From Acidobacteriota bacterium (lineage in GTDB: Bacteria > Acidobacteriota > UBA890 > WLXD01), in assembly GCA_965248695.1 (NCBI GenBank), contig CBDFKD010000002.1, positions 1,856,001 through 1,920,000 of the forward strand: a DNA stretch of 64,000 bases. Direction: 5' to 3'. Positions 40,573 to 50,367 of the stretch are shown here, piece after piece; the first letter of the stretch is position 1, and every line of letters begins with the position of its first letter. A program made the translations under genes and the position numbers. A model generated the notes under the pieces. The model was given only the letters and a program-made list of their open reading frames with translations. It made no database searches and was not told the DNA's origin.

Positions 40573-41340
40573 CTATTCCTGCTGGCTGGCGCCAGGGTCG
40601 CTTTCCGGCGCCGCGCTCGGCCGCACGCCCATGGCCAGGAACAGCGAGCCGGGACCAGCGTCGGCCCCCGAGCGCACGCCGATCAGGTGGGGAACACCCG
40701 GGGTAAGCATCATCTCCGAAGCGACCTTGAAACGCTCGGTTCCGTCGAGCCAGATGTTGCGAAGCTGCAACGCACCAGAATCCTCATCGACGACGACGAT
40801 CTCGAACGTCAAAGCGCGGTCCGACGCCAGTTGGACGTTGTCGCCGCCGGCGCCGAGGCGTCCGGTCCACTCGCCCACGAGACCGAAGTCGTCGAACTGC
40901 ACCAGTGCCCCGAGATCGGCGCGCAGGTCGGTCAATCGACTGGCCGCGCCGGCCCCGTCGACAGCCTCGGTACGCACGTCGAGCGGCGGGGCGCCGTCGA
41001 ATCCGCGTACCAAGCGCACGTCGAGCTCCCACGCGACAGCAACAGCGGTGTCGGCAGCCGGTGGCGTCAGCGCCAGGGTGGGGGCAGTCTCGGCAACATC
41101 GCTCGATGGGAACCACAGCGCCACTCCCAGAATGGTGACTACTCCGACGACTCCGGCCAAACGCAACACGGCCTGTTGGTTCGTCGGGCCCAGCAGCCGC
41201 GCCAGACGCTCCACCAAGCCTGGCGGCTGAGGCTCCAAGCACGTCTCGATACGCTGCCACAGGGCCTCGAAATCGTGCTCCGTGATGCGATTGCGTCGCA
41301 GGCGATGAAAGATCCGCTCGGGTCGGTGGTCGTCGCTCAT
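40573..41340 (-). CDS. single-pass membrane protein, possible anti-sigma factor
   Basis: AGGAGG RBS; short cytoplasmic part with LWQRI, one TM, periplasmic domain; no ZAS cysteine motif. Confidence 0.5.
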   Translation of the reverse strand: MSDDHRPERIFHRLRRNRITEHDFEALWQRIETCLEPQPPGLVERLARLLGPTNQQAVLRLAGVVGVVTILGVALWFPSSDVAETAPTLALTPPAADTAVAVAWELDVRLVRGFDGAPPLDVRTEAVDGAGAASRLTDLRADLGALVQFDDFGLVGEWTGRLGAGGDNVQLASDRALTFEIVVVDEDSGALQLRNIWLDGTERFKVASEMMLTPGVPHLIGVRSGADAGPGSLFLAMGVRPSAAPESDPGASQQE

Positions 41341-41434
41341 GGAAGTCCTCCTGGCATGTATACGGACTGCCTGCCTGAAGCGTCCAAGGCGATCGTTCGC
41401 GGCGTGGTCTATCCTGCTGCGGATGGAGACCGAA

Positions 41435-42187
41435 ATGCCTGAGCGGGAATCCGAGCCCTCGGCGCCGACGACGGTTCCCCCGTACTCGCGCGACGGCCAC
41501 CCGCCGCTCGACCCCGACGCCAAGACCGGCGCGCACCAACCGCAACGGAGCTGGCAACGATGGCCGGTGATGATTGCCACCGTGCTTTTCGTGGCGATCC
41601 AGGCGGGCCCGTGGATTTTGGGGACGGTCGGACGCTGGCTGGTCGTCGAGGATGAGATTGGACAGGCGGACGCCATCTTCGTCCATGACGGCGATTTCCC
41701 GTTCCGAGAGATGGAAGCGGCGGAGCTCTACAGTCAGGGCCTCGCGCCTGAGGTCTGGATCGCTCGGGTGCGCCCCACCGACCGCAGCCGCGCCCTCGAA
41801 CGCCTGGGCGTCCGCATGCCCGGATCGGAATACTGGCGGGGCCAGGTGCTGCAGCGCTTGGGCGTTCCGGCGAGTGCGATCCGTCTGCTCGACGAGCCGG
41901 TGAGGAACACCCGTGACGAGATCGAGACAGTGCGCAACGAGATGGGTCGGTTAGACCGTTTGGGCGTCATCCTGGTCACGTCGAAGGCGCACTCGCGCCG
42001 CGTCGGCACGCTGTGGCGGCAGGCAAACGACTCCACCCTCGAGGGTGCGGTGCGCTGGTCGCGCTCCGACCCCTTCGATCCAGACCGGTGGTGGACGAAC
42101 ACCACGGACGGCGAAGCCGTAGTGAATGAGCTGGTCGGCCTCCTCGACGCGTGGGTCGGGGCGGGGTGGCGGCCAGAGAGAGACTAG
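41435..42187 (+). CDS. YdcF/DUF218 family protein
   Basis: GRWLVVED..ADAI, LGVPASAI, NTRDE, ILVTSKAHSRR. Confidence 0.85.
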   Translation: MPERESEPSAPTTVPPYSRDGHPPLDPDAKTGAHQPQRSWQRWPVMIATVLFVAIQAGPWILGTVGRWLVVEDEIGQADAIFVHDGDFPFREMEAAELYSQGLAPEVWIARVRPTDRSRALERLGVRMPGSEYWRGQVLQRLGVPASAIRLLDEPVRNTRDEIETVRNEMGRLDRLGVILVTSKAHSRRVGTLWRQANDSTLEGAVRWSRSDPFDPDRWWTNTTDGEAVVNELVGLLDAWVGAGWRPERD

Positions 42188-42191
42188 TGGC

Positions 42192-43322
42192 CTAGCAGGC
42201 CGCCAGCCGGCGTGGAGACGCCGCCACCGCCTGCCGCAGCCGGTCGGTGGTGTGCTCCTGTTGCAGCTGGGTGATGCCTGCGAACATCGGCAGGGAGAGG
42301 ATCTCGCCGGCCGCCTGCTCGGCTACCGGGAACGATCCCGGCCCCTGACCGAGCTCGGCGTACGCGCCCTGCAGATGAATCGGAATCGGATAGTGGATTC
42401 CGGCGCCGACGCCTGCTTCGTTGAGATGCTGCAGGACGCCATCGCGCTCGGCCACACGTACGACATAGAGATGCCAAACGGGGTCGTTTCCAGCTAGCAC
42501 GCTCGGCGGAGCCACCTCGGGCAGGTCGATCAGGAGCTCGGCGTAGCGAGCCGCCGCCTCGCACCGATGCTGATTGCCGGCCGCCAGATGGCGCAGCTTG
42601 GCCAGCAGGACGACCGCCTGCACGGTATCGAGTCGCGAGTTGAAGCCCATCTCGGGGTGGTGATACTTGCGGTCACTGCCCCAGTTCCGCAACCGCCGGA
42701 CAGCGGCGTATACGTCCGCATCGTGAGTGATCACCGCACCGGCGTCGCCATATGCTCCGAGGTTCTTTCCCGGATAGAAACTGAACCCCGCCGCCAGCCC
42801 GAAGCTCCCCGCCGCCTGTCCGTGGCGGCCAGCACCGTGCGCCTGAGCGGCGTCCTCGATGACAATGAGACTGTGGCGGGCCGCGAGTTCGAGCAGCGAC
42901 TCCATCGGCGCCAGTTGACCGTACAGATGCACCGGCATGATGGCACGCGTACGAGGCCCCACGGCCTCTTCTGCCAACTCGACATCGATCAGATGGTGGT
43001 CCGGGTCGCAGTCCACCAGCACGGGAACGGCGCCGGTGCGCGTCACGGCAAGGGCGGTGGCGATGAACGTGTTAGCCGGCAGGATCACTTCGTCACCGGC
43101 GCCGACGCCAAGCGCCCGCAACGCCATCTCCAGCGCATCGGTGCCACTGCCAACGCCGACGCAATACGGCGCCTCCTGGAAGTCGGCGAACGCCGCCTCG
43201 AACTCTCCCACCTGTGGCCCGAGGATGAATGCGGTGTCGGCCATCACCTGGTCCAGTCCGGCCGATACCTCGTCGGCAATCAAGGCGTGCTGCAGCTTCA
43301 GGTCAACCAGCGAGATTCTCAT
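42192..43322 (-). CDS. DegT/DnrJ/EryC1/StrS sugar aminotransferase
   Basis: SGTDAL, NTFIAT, EDAAQAHG, SFYPGKNLGAYGD, NSRLD. Confidence 0.95.
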   Translation of the reverse strand: MRISLVDLKLQHALIADEVSAGLDQVMADTAFILGPQVGEFEAAFADFQEAPYCVGVGSGTDALEMALRALGVGAGDEVILPANTFIATALAVTRTGAVPVLVDCDPDHHLIDVELAEEAVGPRTRAIMPVHLYGQLAPMESLLELAARHSLIVIEDAAQAHGAGRHGQAAGSFGLAAGFSFYPGKNLGAYGDAGAVITHDADVYAAVRRLRNWGSDRKYHHPEMGFNSRLDTVQAVVLLAKLRHLAAGNQHRCEAAARYAELLIDLPEVAPPSVLAGNDPVWHLYVVRVAERDGVLQHLNEAGVGAGIHYPIPIHLQGAYAELGQGPGSFPVAEQAAGEILSLPMFAGITQLQQEHTTDRLRQAVAASPRRLAAC

Positions 43323-43323
43323 G

Positions 43324-44343
43324 TCACACCTCAATCTCCACTCCGCCGCCGGCAAGCGAGCGGCCGATGGCGTCGAGCGTACGCACGACCGCGAGCCCTT
43401 CAGGTCCCGCCGACAGCGGACGATCGCCTGACTGGACGCACTCCAGGAAGTGATTCACTTCGGCCTTCAACGGTTCTGTCATCTGCACTCTCGGAATCAC
43501 GATGTCGCCCTCGCGAACGCTCATCCGGAAGCTGGCGAACGTGTCGACGAACGGCACGTCAACGCGCTCATCGCGCACCTTCTTGTCGTAGATGCGCAGC
43601 GGCTCCGACAGATTCACGTCGTCGAACGTCAGCATCCGGCGCTCGCCAACGACAGTTATGGCGCGCGATTTTCGCGGGTTTAGCCACGATGCGTGCAAAT
43701 GAGCGAGGACATCGCCGGGGTAGCGCAACGTCGCAAACACTGCGTCCTCGATGCCGGGGTTGATCCAGGCACCACCGACGGCCGAGGCGGTGATCGGGTT
43801 GCCGTTGAGCCAGTAGCTCGCCAGGGAGACGTCGTGCGCCGCCAGGTCCCAGGCGGCGTTGACGTCCGCTCTGATCGGCCCGAGGTTCGTACGTTCCATC
43901 GAGATGTAGTAAACGCGTCCGAGCTCTCCGTCGCTGATGTACTCCTTGGCGCGCCGCGCCGCGGCGTTGTAGACGAAGATGTGGCCCACCATGAGCACCT
44001 GCCTGGTGCGTTGCGCCAGCTCACAAAGCGCCTCCGCATGCTCGACCGTGCCGGCAAGCGGCTTTTCCACCAGCACATGCTTGCCCGCTTCGAGCGCCAC
44101 GGTGGCGAGCTCATGATGAGTATTGGTGGGCGTGGCGATGATGACCGCATCGACGTCGTCAGCGCGGATCGCCGCGTGCGCGTCATCGGTCGTCTGCACG
44201 CCGGGGAACCGAGCGGCCACAGTGGCCAGGCGTTCGGTGCTCGTGTCGGCGACCCACGACACCCACGCGTCGGTATGCGTGTAGAGGTTGTTGATGAGGT
44301 TCGGACCCCAGCGACCGGCACCCACGACCGCGACTCGAATCAC
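43324..44343 (-). CDS. Gfo/Idh/MocA oxidoreductase
   Basis: GAGRWG, GKHVLVEKP, MVGH, WDLAAHD, SWLNP. Confidence 0.93.
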   Translation of the reverse strand: MIRVAVVGAGRWGPNLINNLYTHTDAWVSWVADTSTERLATVAARFPGVQTTDDAHAAIRADDVDAVIIATPTNTHHELATVALEAGKHVLVEKPLAGTVEHAEALCELAQRTRQVLMVGHIFVYNAAARRAKEYISDGELGRVYYISMERTNLGPIRADVNAAWDLAAHDVSLASYWLNGNPITASAVGGAWINPGIEDAVFATLRYPGDVLAHLHASWLNPRKSRAITVVGERRMLTFDDVNLSEPLRIYDKKVRDERVDVPFVDTFASFRMSVREGDIVIPRVQMTEPLKAEVNHFLECVQSGDRPLSAGPEGLAVVRTLDAIGRSLAGGGVEIEV

Positions 44344-44489
44344 CGCTTCCCCCAAGCAGCTTCGCGAACGCCGTTCCATCAAGGCCGATCTCACCCCGCT
44401 TCGGCCGATGTCGCGGACGTCGTTTGCCGTCAGCGCCCCCCAACGCCAATCAGCGGATGATACCCGATCCGCCCGCCCTGCGGGGGTCG

Positions 44490-45155
44490 CTACTCGCGGT
44501 TGTCGCCGACTGCGGCGTACTCCGGGTAACGGTCGATGATCCCGCTGCGTAGCTGTCGACGCGCCAGCGCCACATGACTGCGCACCGTCGAGGTACTGCA
44601 GCCCAGTGCGCGGGCTACGTCGCGCGCCGGGAGGTCTTCAATCTCCCGCAGCACAAAGGCGGCTCGTTGCTGTTCCGGAAGCTCGGACGCGAGCTCGTCC
44701 CAGATTCGTTGAACCTCCTGCCAGCGCAGCGCCAGGGTAGGGTCAGCAACCGCATCCGCCGGCAACCGTTGCGCGGCACTCTCTGTAGTCACCGTGCCCG
44801 GCACCGATGAGTGGGTCGATGCCCGCCCCGCCGCACCGGCGTCCTGGCGCTCACCCAGCGGTATCGGGTGACGACGATCCGTACGCCAGCGGTCGATCGC
44901 CTTGTTGGTCACGATGCGGGTTAGCCAGGCGTCGACGGTAAACCGGGTCCGGTAGCGCGCGCAGTGCCGCCAGAGTGCGACAAACGACTCCTGCACTACG
45001 TCCTCCGCCGCTCCGCGGTCTCCGAGCATTTGATAGGCGACGCGTTGCACCCAGCGGTGCTTGCGCTCGTACAGCTGCCGGAAGGCGCCCGTATCGCCGC
45101 GCCCGGCAGCGCGAACAAGATCAGCGTCGGATAACCGCTCGGACGCATCGGGCAT
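44490..45155 (-). CDS. ECF RNA polymerase sigma factor
   Basis: GD..AF..LY, AEDVVQESF, WLTRI..N..ID, LPEQQR..FVLR, TVRSHV..AR. Confidence 0.92.
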   Translation of the reverse strand: MPDASERLSDADLVRAAGRGDTGAFRQLYERKHRWVQRVAYQMLGDRGAAEDVVQESFVALWRHCARYRTRFTVDAWLTRIVTNKAIDRWRTDRRHPIPLGERQDAGAAGRASTHSSVPGTVTTESAAQRLPADAVADPTLALRWQEVQRIWDELASELPEQQRAAFVLREIEDLPARDVARALGCSTSTVRSHVALARRQLRSGIIDRYPEYAAVGDNRE

Positions 45156-45167
45156 CAGGCCACTCGC

Positions 45168-46211
45168 CTACGGAGTGGCGATCGCGGCAGGCTCCGCTGG
45201 CGCGGGCGCGGTTCCCTCCGAGCTCGCCGCCCTGCGGCCGAAGATCATCTTCCCAGCGCTGGTTTGAAGAACGGATGTCACCACCAGATCGACCGTCGAT
45301 CCGCGGTGAGCGCTGGCTCCATCGACGACCACCATCGTCCCGTCATCTAGGTAGCCGACTCCTTGACCGGCCTCCTTGCCCTGCTTGACGACGAACACCG
45401 ACATCGGCTCGCCCGGCAAGAACGCCGGCTTCACCGCGTTCGCCAGGTCGTTGACGTTGAGCACCCTGACGCCACGTACCTGCGCCACCTTCGCGAGGTT
45501 GAAATCGTTCGTCAACACCACGCCGCCGCGTCGGATTCCGAGCTCGATGAGCTTCGAGTCGACCTCGGCAATACCGGGGAAATCGGTAGGGTCGATCTGT
45601 ACGTCGAGATCGGCGCTGCGTTGCAGGTCCTGGAGAATATCGAGACCTCGGCGACCTCGGGCACGCTTGAGCGCGTCATTCGAATCGGCCACCTGCTGCA
45701 GCTCGTTGAGCACGAACTGCGGTACTAGCAAGGTGCCGTCGACGAAGCCGGCGCCGGCGATCTCGGCAATTCGGCCGTCGATGATGACCGAAGTGTCGAG
45801 GAACTTGTCGGGGATACCGACCTTCTGATCCTCGAGAAACGGTTTCCAGGGGATCCACCACTCCCCGGATTGCCCTTTGAGCGACCCGATCACCATCCCC
45901 AGGTACGCCAAGGTAAGCACCGCGACGCCCTGGATCACCGCTTCCGCGGTGGCGCTCAGGTCGAGCTGCCTGCCGACGATGCCGAAGGCCATCCCCAGGA
46001 CCAATCCCATGAACGTGCCTACGACGCCGCCCATCAGTACGTTGGGATGGAGGCGGTGGAGCTTGACCTCCAGCAGCACGACGACGGCCGAGAACAGCAG
46101 CCCGATGAGTAGGCCGGCGATTCCACCCGGGATTCCGAGGAACCCGATGGCCGCGCAGCCCAAGACAAAGAGCGCACGAATGATGTTCATTACGTATGAC
46201 CTCCGGGCCAC
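45168..46211 (-). CDS. PIN/TRAM-domain membrane protein (YacL family)
   Basis: DTSVIIDGRI, RGRRGLD, TNDFNL, GVGYLDDGTMVVV, QTSAGKMIF. Confidence 0.93.
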   Translation of the reverse strand: MARRSYVMNIIRALFVLGCAAIGFLGIPGGIAGLLIGLLFSAVVVLLEVKLHRLHPNVLMGGVVGTFMGLVLGMAFGIVGRQLDLSATAEAVIQGVAVLTLAYLGMVIGSLKGQSGEWWIPWKPFLEDQKVGIPDKFLDTSVIIDGRIAEIAGAGFVDGTLLVPQFVLNELQQVADSNDALKRARGRRGLDILQDLQRSADLDVQIDPTDFPGIAEVDSKLIELGIRRGGVVLTNDFNLAKVAQVRGVRVLNVNDLANAVKPAFLPGEPMSVFVVKQGKEAGQGVGYLDDGTMVVVDGASAHRGSTVDLVVTSVLQTSAGKMIFGRRAASSEGTAPAPAEPAAIATP

Positions 46212-46291
46212 CTGAGCGGCGCCCGCATATGAAAGCGGTATGAAGAATGATGGCGTGGATTATAGCGCCGAGGGTGGCCGGCACACCGCGT

Positions 46292-47050
46292 TCAGGCCGA
46301 CGTTCCGGGCTGCGCGAAGCGACCGCGCTCTGCCCGCGCCCAGAAGAACGGGTAGATCATGCGCCACCAGTCGAGGCCGGGGCGAATCTTGGTGTAGCTA
46401 TGTCGCCTGCCTGGGTATCGCATCGTGATCGGAACCTCGAGCCAGCGTACCGCCTCCCCGGCAATCAGGACCTTGCCGTAGAGGTAGGGTTCGAAGGCGT
46501 AGGTCCAAAGCCACTCGGCGCGCCAATCGAAGCGGGCGCGATCGAACATATCCACCCGAAACGCCCGATAGCCGCAGGTCGCGTCCGTGACCGTTGCGCC
46601 GGTGGCGAGCCACGCGGCCAGATTGACCATCGGTATTGCGCGACGACGGAACGCCGGCAAGTTTGGTGACGCTCCTCCGTCGAGATAGCGGCTGCCGGTA
46701 ACGTAGTCGGCTTCGTTGCGTCGTATCGGCCCTACGACCCGGTCCATCTCGGACGGCAGCATCTTGCCGTTCGATGCCAGTCCCACGAGGACATCGTAGC
46801 CGTGCTGCCGGGCCCATTCGGTAGCAGCGATGATGGCCCAGCCGACGCCGCGATTGAGCTCCGACTCTACAACTGGCCAGCCTGACGAGCGGATGATGTC
46901 TTCGGAGCCGTCGGTGGATCCGTTGTTGATCAGGAGGAACTCGTCGCAGGCTGGCCCTGTCGCGCGCAGCTCGTCGAGCAGCTTCGGAAGATCATCCACC
47001 TGATCGAAGACCGGAGAGAAACCGAGCACCTTCAAAGAAAGTCGCTCCAT
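46292..47050 (-). CDS. GT2 glycosyltransferase (polyprenol-phosphate GT-like)
   Basis: NNGSTDGS, NRGVG, GSRYLDGG, TDATCGYRA, EVPI. Confidence 0.88.
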   Translation of the reverse strand: MERLSLKVLGFSPVFDQVDDLPKLLDELRATGPACDEFLLINNGSTDGSEDIIRSSGWPVVESELNRGVGWAIIAATEWARQHGYDVLVGLASNGKMLPSEMDRVVGPIRRNEADYVTGSRYLDGGASPNLPAFRRRAIPMVNLAAWLATGATVTDATCGYRAFRVDMFDRARFDWRAEWLWTYAFEPYLYGKVLIAGEAVRWLEVPITMRYPGRRHSYTKIRPGLDWWRMIYPFFWARAERGRFAQPGTSA

Positions 47051-47895
47051 TCCTCCGGTACCCAGTCCTCGACCTGTCGATCGTCTGGCGGTACGTGCGC
47101 CCACGGATAGTCGCGGTCGACGCAGCGAATCCATGGGTAGGGCTGTAGGACTTCGCCACCGACCTTGTGCAGGATACGGCGACAATCAATGCGATTCTCC
47201 GCCGGCGATCCGTCCATGAACGCGAACGCCGGCACCTCGCCGCCCACTTTGGAGTTGGCGCCGACGACTGCGTGCACGCCGAGGCGCGCTCCTGGGAGAA
47301 CCGTGGCGTGCACCGCGATGACGCAGAACGGCGCCACCAGTGGCGGTTCCTCCACAGCGAACACCGGGAAGGCCCGATCGTTGGTGAACACGACGAACGG
47401 ATGTACCCACACGAACGGGCCGATCCGGGTGCCCGAACCGACCGTTACATACGAGTGCAACCGTACGTAGTCGCCGATCTCGACGTTCAGCTGGATGTCG
47501 CAGTTGTTGCCGATCGAGCAGTTATTACCGACGCGGCTATCCTCGCGTATTGCCACGTAGGGACCAGTCTGGAAGTTCTCGCCCACTGTCGTTCCGGCGT
47601 TGATGATCGTGCCGCGACGCAGAATCGATCCGCTACCGATGCGCGTCGGGCTGGCGACGTAGGCGTCGCGGTCACGATAGAAACCGTAGGTCGGCTCGCC
47701 GAGGCTGCAACCGGCGCCCACCCAAACGCTGTCACCGAGGCACACGCCGTCGTACAGAATCGCCCCCGGCGCCACATGAACGTCGTCCCCCAGCGTCACG
47801 CCGGTGCCCCAGCGGACCGATTCATCGAAGGTGCATCCGGCGCCGACATCCACATCGGGGCCGGGCAACGACGTCAACCCGAAGCCGGCGCTCAT
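47032..47895 (-). CDS. hexapeptide-repeat N-acyltransferase
   Basis: Many [LIV]G hexapeptide repeats, VFTND, GSPA. Confidence 0.85.
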   Translation of the reverse strand: MSAGFGLTSLPGPDVDVGAGCTFDESVRWGTGVTLGDDVHVAPGAILYDGVCLGDSVWVGAGCSLGEPTYGFYRDRDAYVASPTRIGSGSILRRGTIINAGTTVGENFQTGPYVAIREDSRVGNNCSIGNNCDIQLNVEIGDYVRLHSYVTVGSGTRIGPFVWVHPFVVFTNDRAFPVFAVEEPPLVAPFCVIAVHATVLPGARLGVHAVVGANSKVGGEVPAFAFMDGSPAENRIDCRRILHKVGGEVLQPYPWIRCVDRDYPWAHVPPDDRQVEDWVPEEWSDFL

Positions 47896-47959
47896 CGCAA
47901 CTTCCCCTCTGTCCCGGGCTCGCTGGTTAGCGTCACGAACCTGTCCCACGTTGGACCGT

Positions 47960-49228
47960 CTATGCCTTCAGCGACACCCAACGCACGAGCTGGTTGATCA
48001 GCAGCTTCCCGTCCCATGGAGACTCCTGCACGTTCATCAAACCGGGCCGCACGCATCGCGCCGCGCCCGCAAGTGTCGCAGCCTCGGCAAAGGCGCGCGC
48101 CTCGTGATCGTCGCCGAGTGCCAATCCGACCGTCTGTACCCGGGGGTCGATCAACGGCACGATCTGGCGCCATGACTCCACCGCCGTGAGAAACACCGTA
48201 CGCGACTGAACGGCCTCGTTGAGCGACACATCGGTGTCCATGCAAACGGTCCAGTTGGCACCATCGCGGGACGCGATCACGTCGCGCTTCTCATCGAGCG
48301 CCCATTCTGCACGGACGTTGGCAATCTGTACCGTCGTGTAGGCATCGAGATCGGGTTTGGGTGGAAGCCGTTCGAGCGCTGCAGCAAAGCGTGCGCCGAC
48401 ATCGCCCAACGCGCCGTTGCCTCCCTCGACGAAGATCGTCTGCGGCGAGGAACAGGCGCGTTGATCGAAGATCGCGATATCGCGCACGAACGACGCGACC
48501 ACATCGTCGAGCTCCGCAGGCTGCGAGTGAAGGGCGGCGCCGATCACGCCGATCGAATATTTGGGACCGAACTCGACGCTCACACAATGCGGCAGCTGTG
48601 GTAGCGCTCGGATGCCTTCGATGGCGGCCTGGCCGCCCCAGGTCACCTTGGCATCGGCGGCCAGCGACATCGCCGCGCCCGGGTGGCGCTCGCTCGAGCT
48701 GTACCAGACGACTGCCAGGCAGGCACACAGCTCGTCACCCGACAGGCCTTGGACGGAACACCCGGCGAGCACCTCGAGCATCGCGTCGATCCCACCCGGC
48801 TCGGCGTCGGCAAGCTTGACCAAACAGACGTTTCTGGCCAACAACGCCGGCACCAGGGCGAAGATAGGCAGTGTCGGCACGTTGCCGGCCATCCACATCG
48901 ACACCAGGCCGTGCGGCATTGCGGCGAGCTGCCGGTCGTCTGCGTCGATGAAGCCATCCAGCGCGGCGACACGGTCACCCAGATTCAGGGCCAACATCTT
49001 TTCGAGGTTGGATGGCCGTAGCCATGCGGACAGGAACGTCAGCCCGTCGAGTCCCCGGGTACGGGGGTCCTCCAGCAGACGGCTGCCGAAGAGCCCCAGC
49101 AACTCCAGCAGCGAGACGGTCGATGCTGCGGCCATCCAGGCCCGCCGGGATGGCAGCTCGCCAACGATCGTTTCCAGGTCATCGAACGCCTCCGTCCGGG
49201 TGCCGGGTCTAAAGTGGACGCCGCTCAT
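47960..49228 (-). CDS. LuxC-like acyl-CoA/acyl-protein reductase
   Basis: AGNVP, WGG, FGPKYS, FDQRACSSPQ, PWDG. Confidence 0.88.
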   Translation of the reverse strand: MSGVHFRPGTRTEAFDDLETIVGELPSRRAWMAAASTVSLLELLGLFGSRLLEDPRTRGLDGLTFLSAWLRPSNLEKMLALNLGDRVAALDGFIDADDRQLAAMPHGLVSMWMAGNVPTLPIFALVPALLARNVCLVKLADAEPGGIDAMLEVLAGCSVQGLSGDELCACLAVVWYSSSERHPGAAMSLAADAKVTWGGQAAIEGIRALPQLPHCVSVEFGPKYSIGVIGAALHSQPAELDDVVASFVRDIAIFDQRACSSPQTIFVEGGNGALGDVGARFAAALERLPPKPDLDAYTTVQIANVRAEWALDEKRDVIASRDGANWTVCMDTDVSLNEAVQSRTVFLTAVESWRQIVPLIDPRVQTVGLALGDDHEARAFAEAATLAGAARCVRPGLMNVQESPWDGKLLINQLVRWVSLKA

Positions 49229-50367
49229 TGCTTCGCCGCGAAGGTGTCGCCGCAACCACGCACCTCGGCACGCTCTACACGGCGGGTGAACCGAAAGTGC
49301 TGCCCGGACCGCCCGCACGGGCAATCGTCGACGCCAATCAGCGTTCCCTGAGCTTCAGTGAGCAACGCTTGGCCCGGATAGCTGGTCGGCAGCACGCTCA
49401 CGACCTCGATGATCCCGGTCTCGCCTGGAGCCACCGGCTCGAGTGTATGGGGTCGGCGGATCACCACGTCGGCGAACGCCGGAGCGTGCTTGTTGCCGGC
49501 CGGACAATCGACGAAGACCGTGCCGACCTGTTCGACCATGCCGTAGAAATCGAGTACCGCCTGGCTGCCGGTGCCCAAGACCTCGCTGACGCGGTCGTTG
49601 AAGACAGCTTTGGACACAGCGTAGGCCTCCAGCTTCTTCCAGCCTCCCGAATGCAACAGGACCGCGGCCGAGGCATCGAAACCGGCGCCGCGCTCCTCGG
49701 CGGGGCCGACGAACCGCGTCCACACGATGAACGTGAAACCGAAGATCAGCACCGGCTCGTCGCCATGCGACTCGAAGAAGGCGTCGATCGCTTCCCAGTC
49801 AGGCTCGAGGCGCCCGTCGCTTGTCGAGCGCAGCGCATAGGTGGTGGATTTCGCGAAGCTGCCAATGCCTCGTATGGCGGCGCCACGGGCCGTCAGCACA
49901 TCTCCGGCGGCGGCGGCCTCCTCGGCGTCGATGACGAGATAGGGACGTCGGCTGCCGCCCACCGCGTCCTTGAGAATCGACACCAGCGCCCGCGCCTGAC
50001 GGAACGCCGTCGTCTTGTCGATGAAGATACGGCTGGGAGACTGGCCGCTGGTCGACGATGAATGAAGCTCTCGCACGACTTGATCCGACGGCACCGCAGA
50101 CAACTCGAAGCGCTTGAACATGGTGACTGGCAACGGCGGCACATCGGCGACCCGTGTCCATTCCGACGGGTCGGTACCCAGACGAGCGAGGAAACGCCCA
50201 TAGGGAGGACAGGCGGCCGCCACCTGCTCGCACAACGGCCGCAAGATCGCCAGGAGACTGCGTTCCTTGTCGGCCTGCGGCGTCGAGAACTGATCTCCGC
50301 CGATCAGTGCGTCGATCGCCTCGGCCACCTCGACATGGCCGGCGTCGACCAGATCGCTAGTGCTCAT
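49225..50367 (-). CDS. LuxE-like acyl-protein synthetase
   Basis: PPLPV.MFK, SSSTSG, FGFTF, HSGGWKK, FYGMVEQ, SYPG, AEVRGCGD. Confidence 0.88.
   Translation of the reverse strand: MSTSDLVDAGHVEVAEAIDALIGGDQFSTPQADKERSLLAILRPLCEQVAAACPPYGRFLARLGTDPSEWTRVADVPPLPVTMFKRFELSAVPSDQVVRELHSSSTSGQSPSRIFIDKTTAFRQARALVSILKDAVGGSRRPYLVIDAEEAAAAGDVLTARGAAIRGIGSFAKSTTYALRSTSDGRLEPDWEAIDAFFESHGDEPVLIFGFTFIVWTRFVGPAEERGAGFDASAAVLLHSGGWKKLEAYAVSKAVFNDRVSEVLGTGSQAVLDFYGMVEQVGTVFVDCPAGNKHAPAFADVVIRRPHTLEPVAPGETGIIEVVSVLPTSYPGQALLTEAQGTLIGVDDCPCGRSGQHFRFTRRVERAEVRGCGDTFAAKQ

Noticed and set aside
45168-46211. VapC-type toxin-antitoxin
   Set aside because: Membrane PIN+TRAM (YacL) architecture and no antitoxin.
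47960-50367. Bioluminescence operon
   Set aside because: No luxA, luxB or luxD; neighbours are ACP, ligase and glycan genes.
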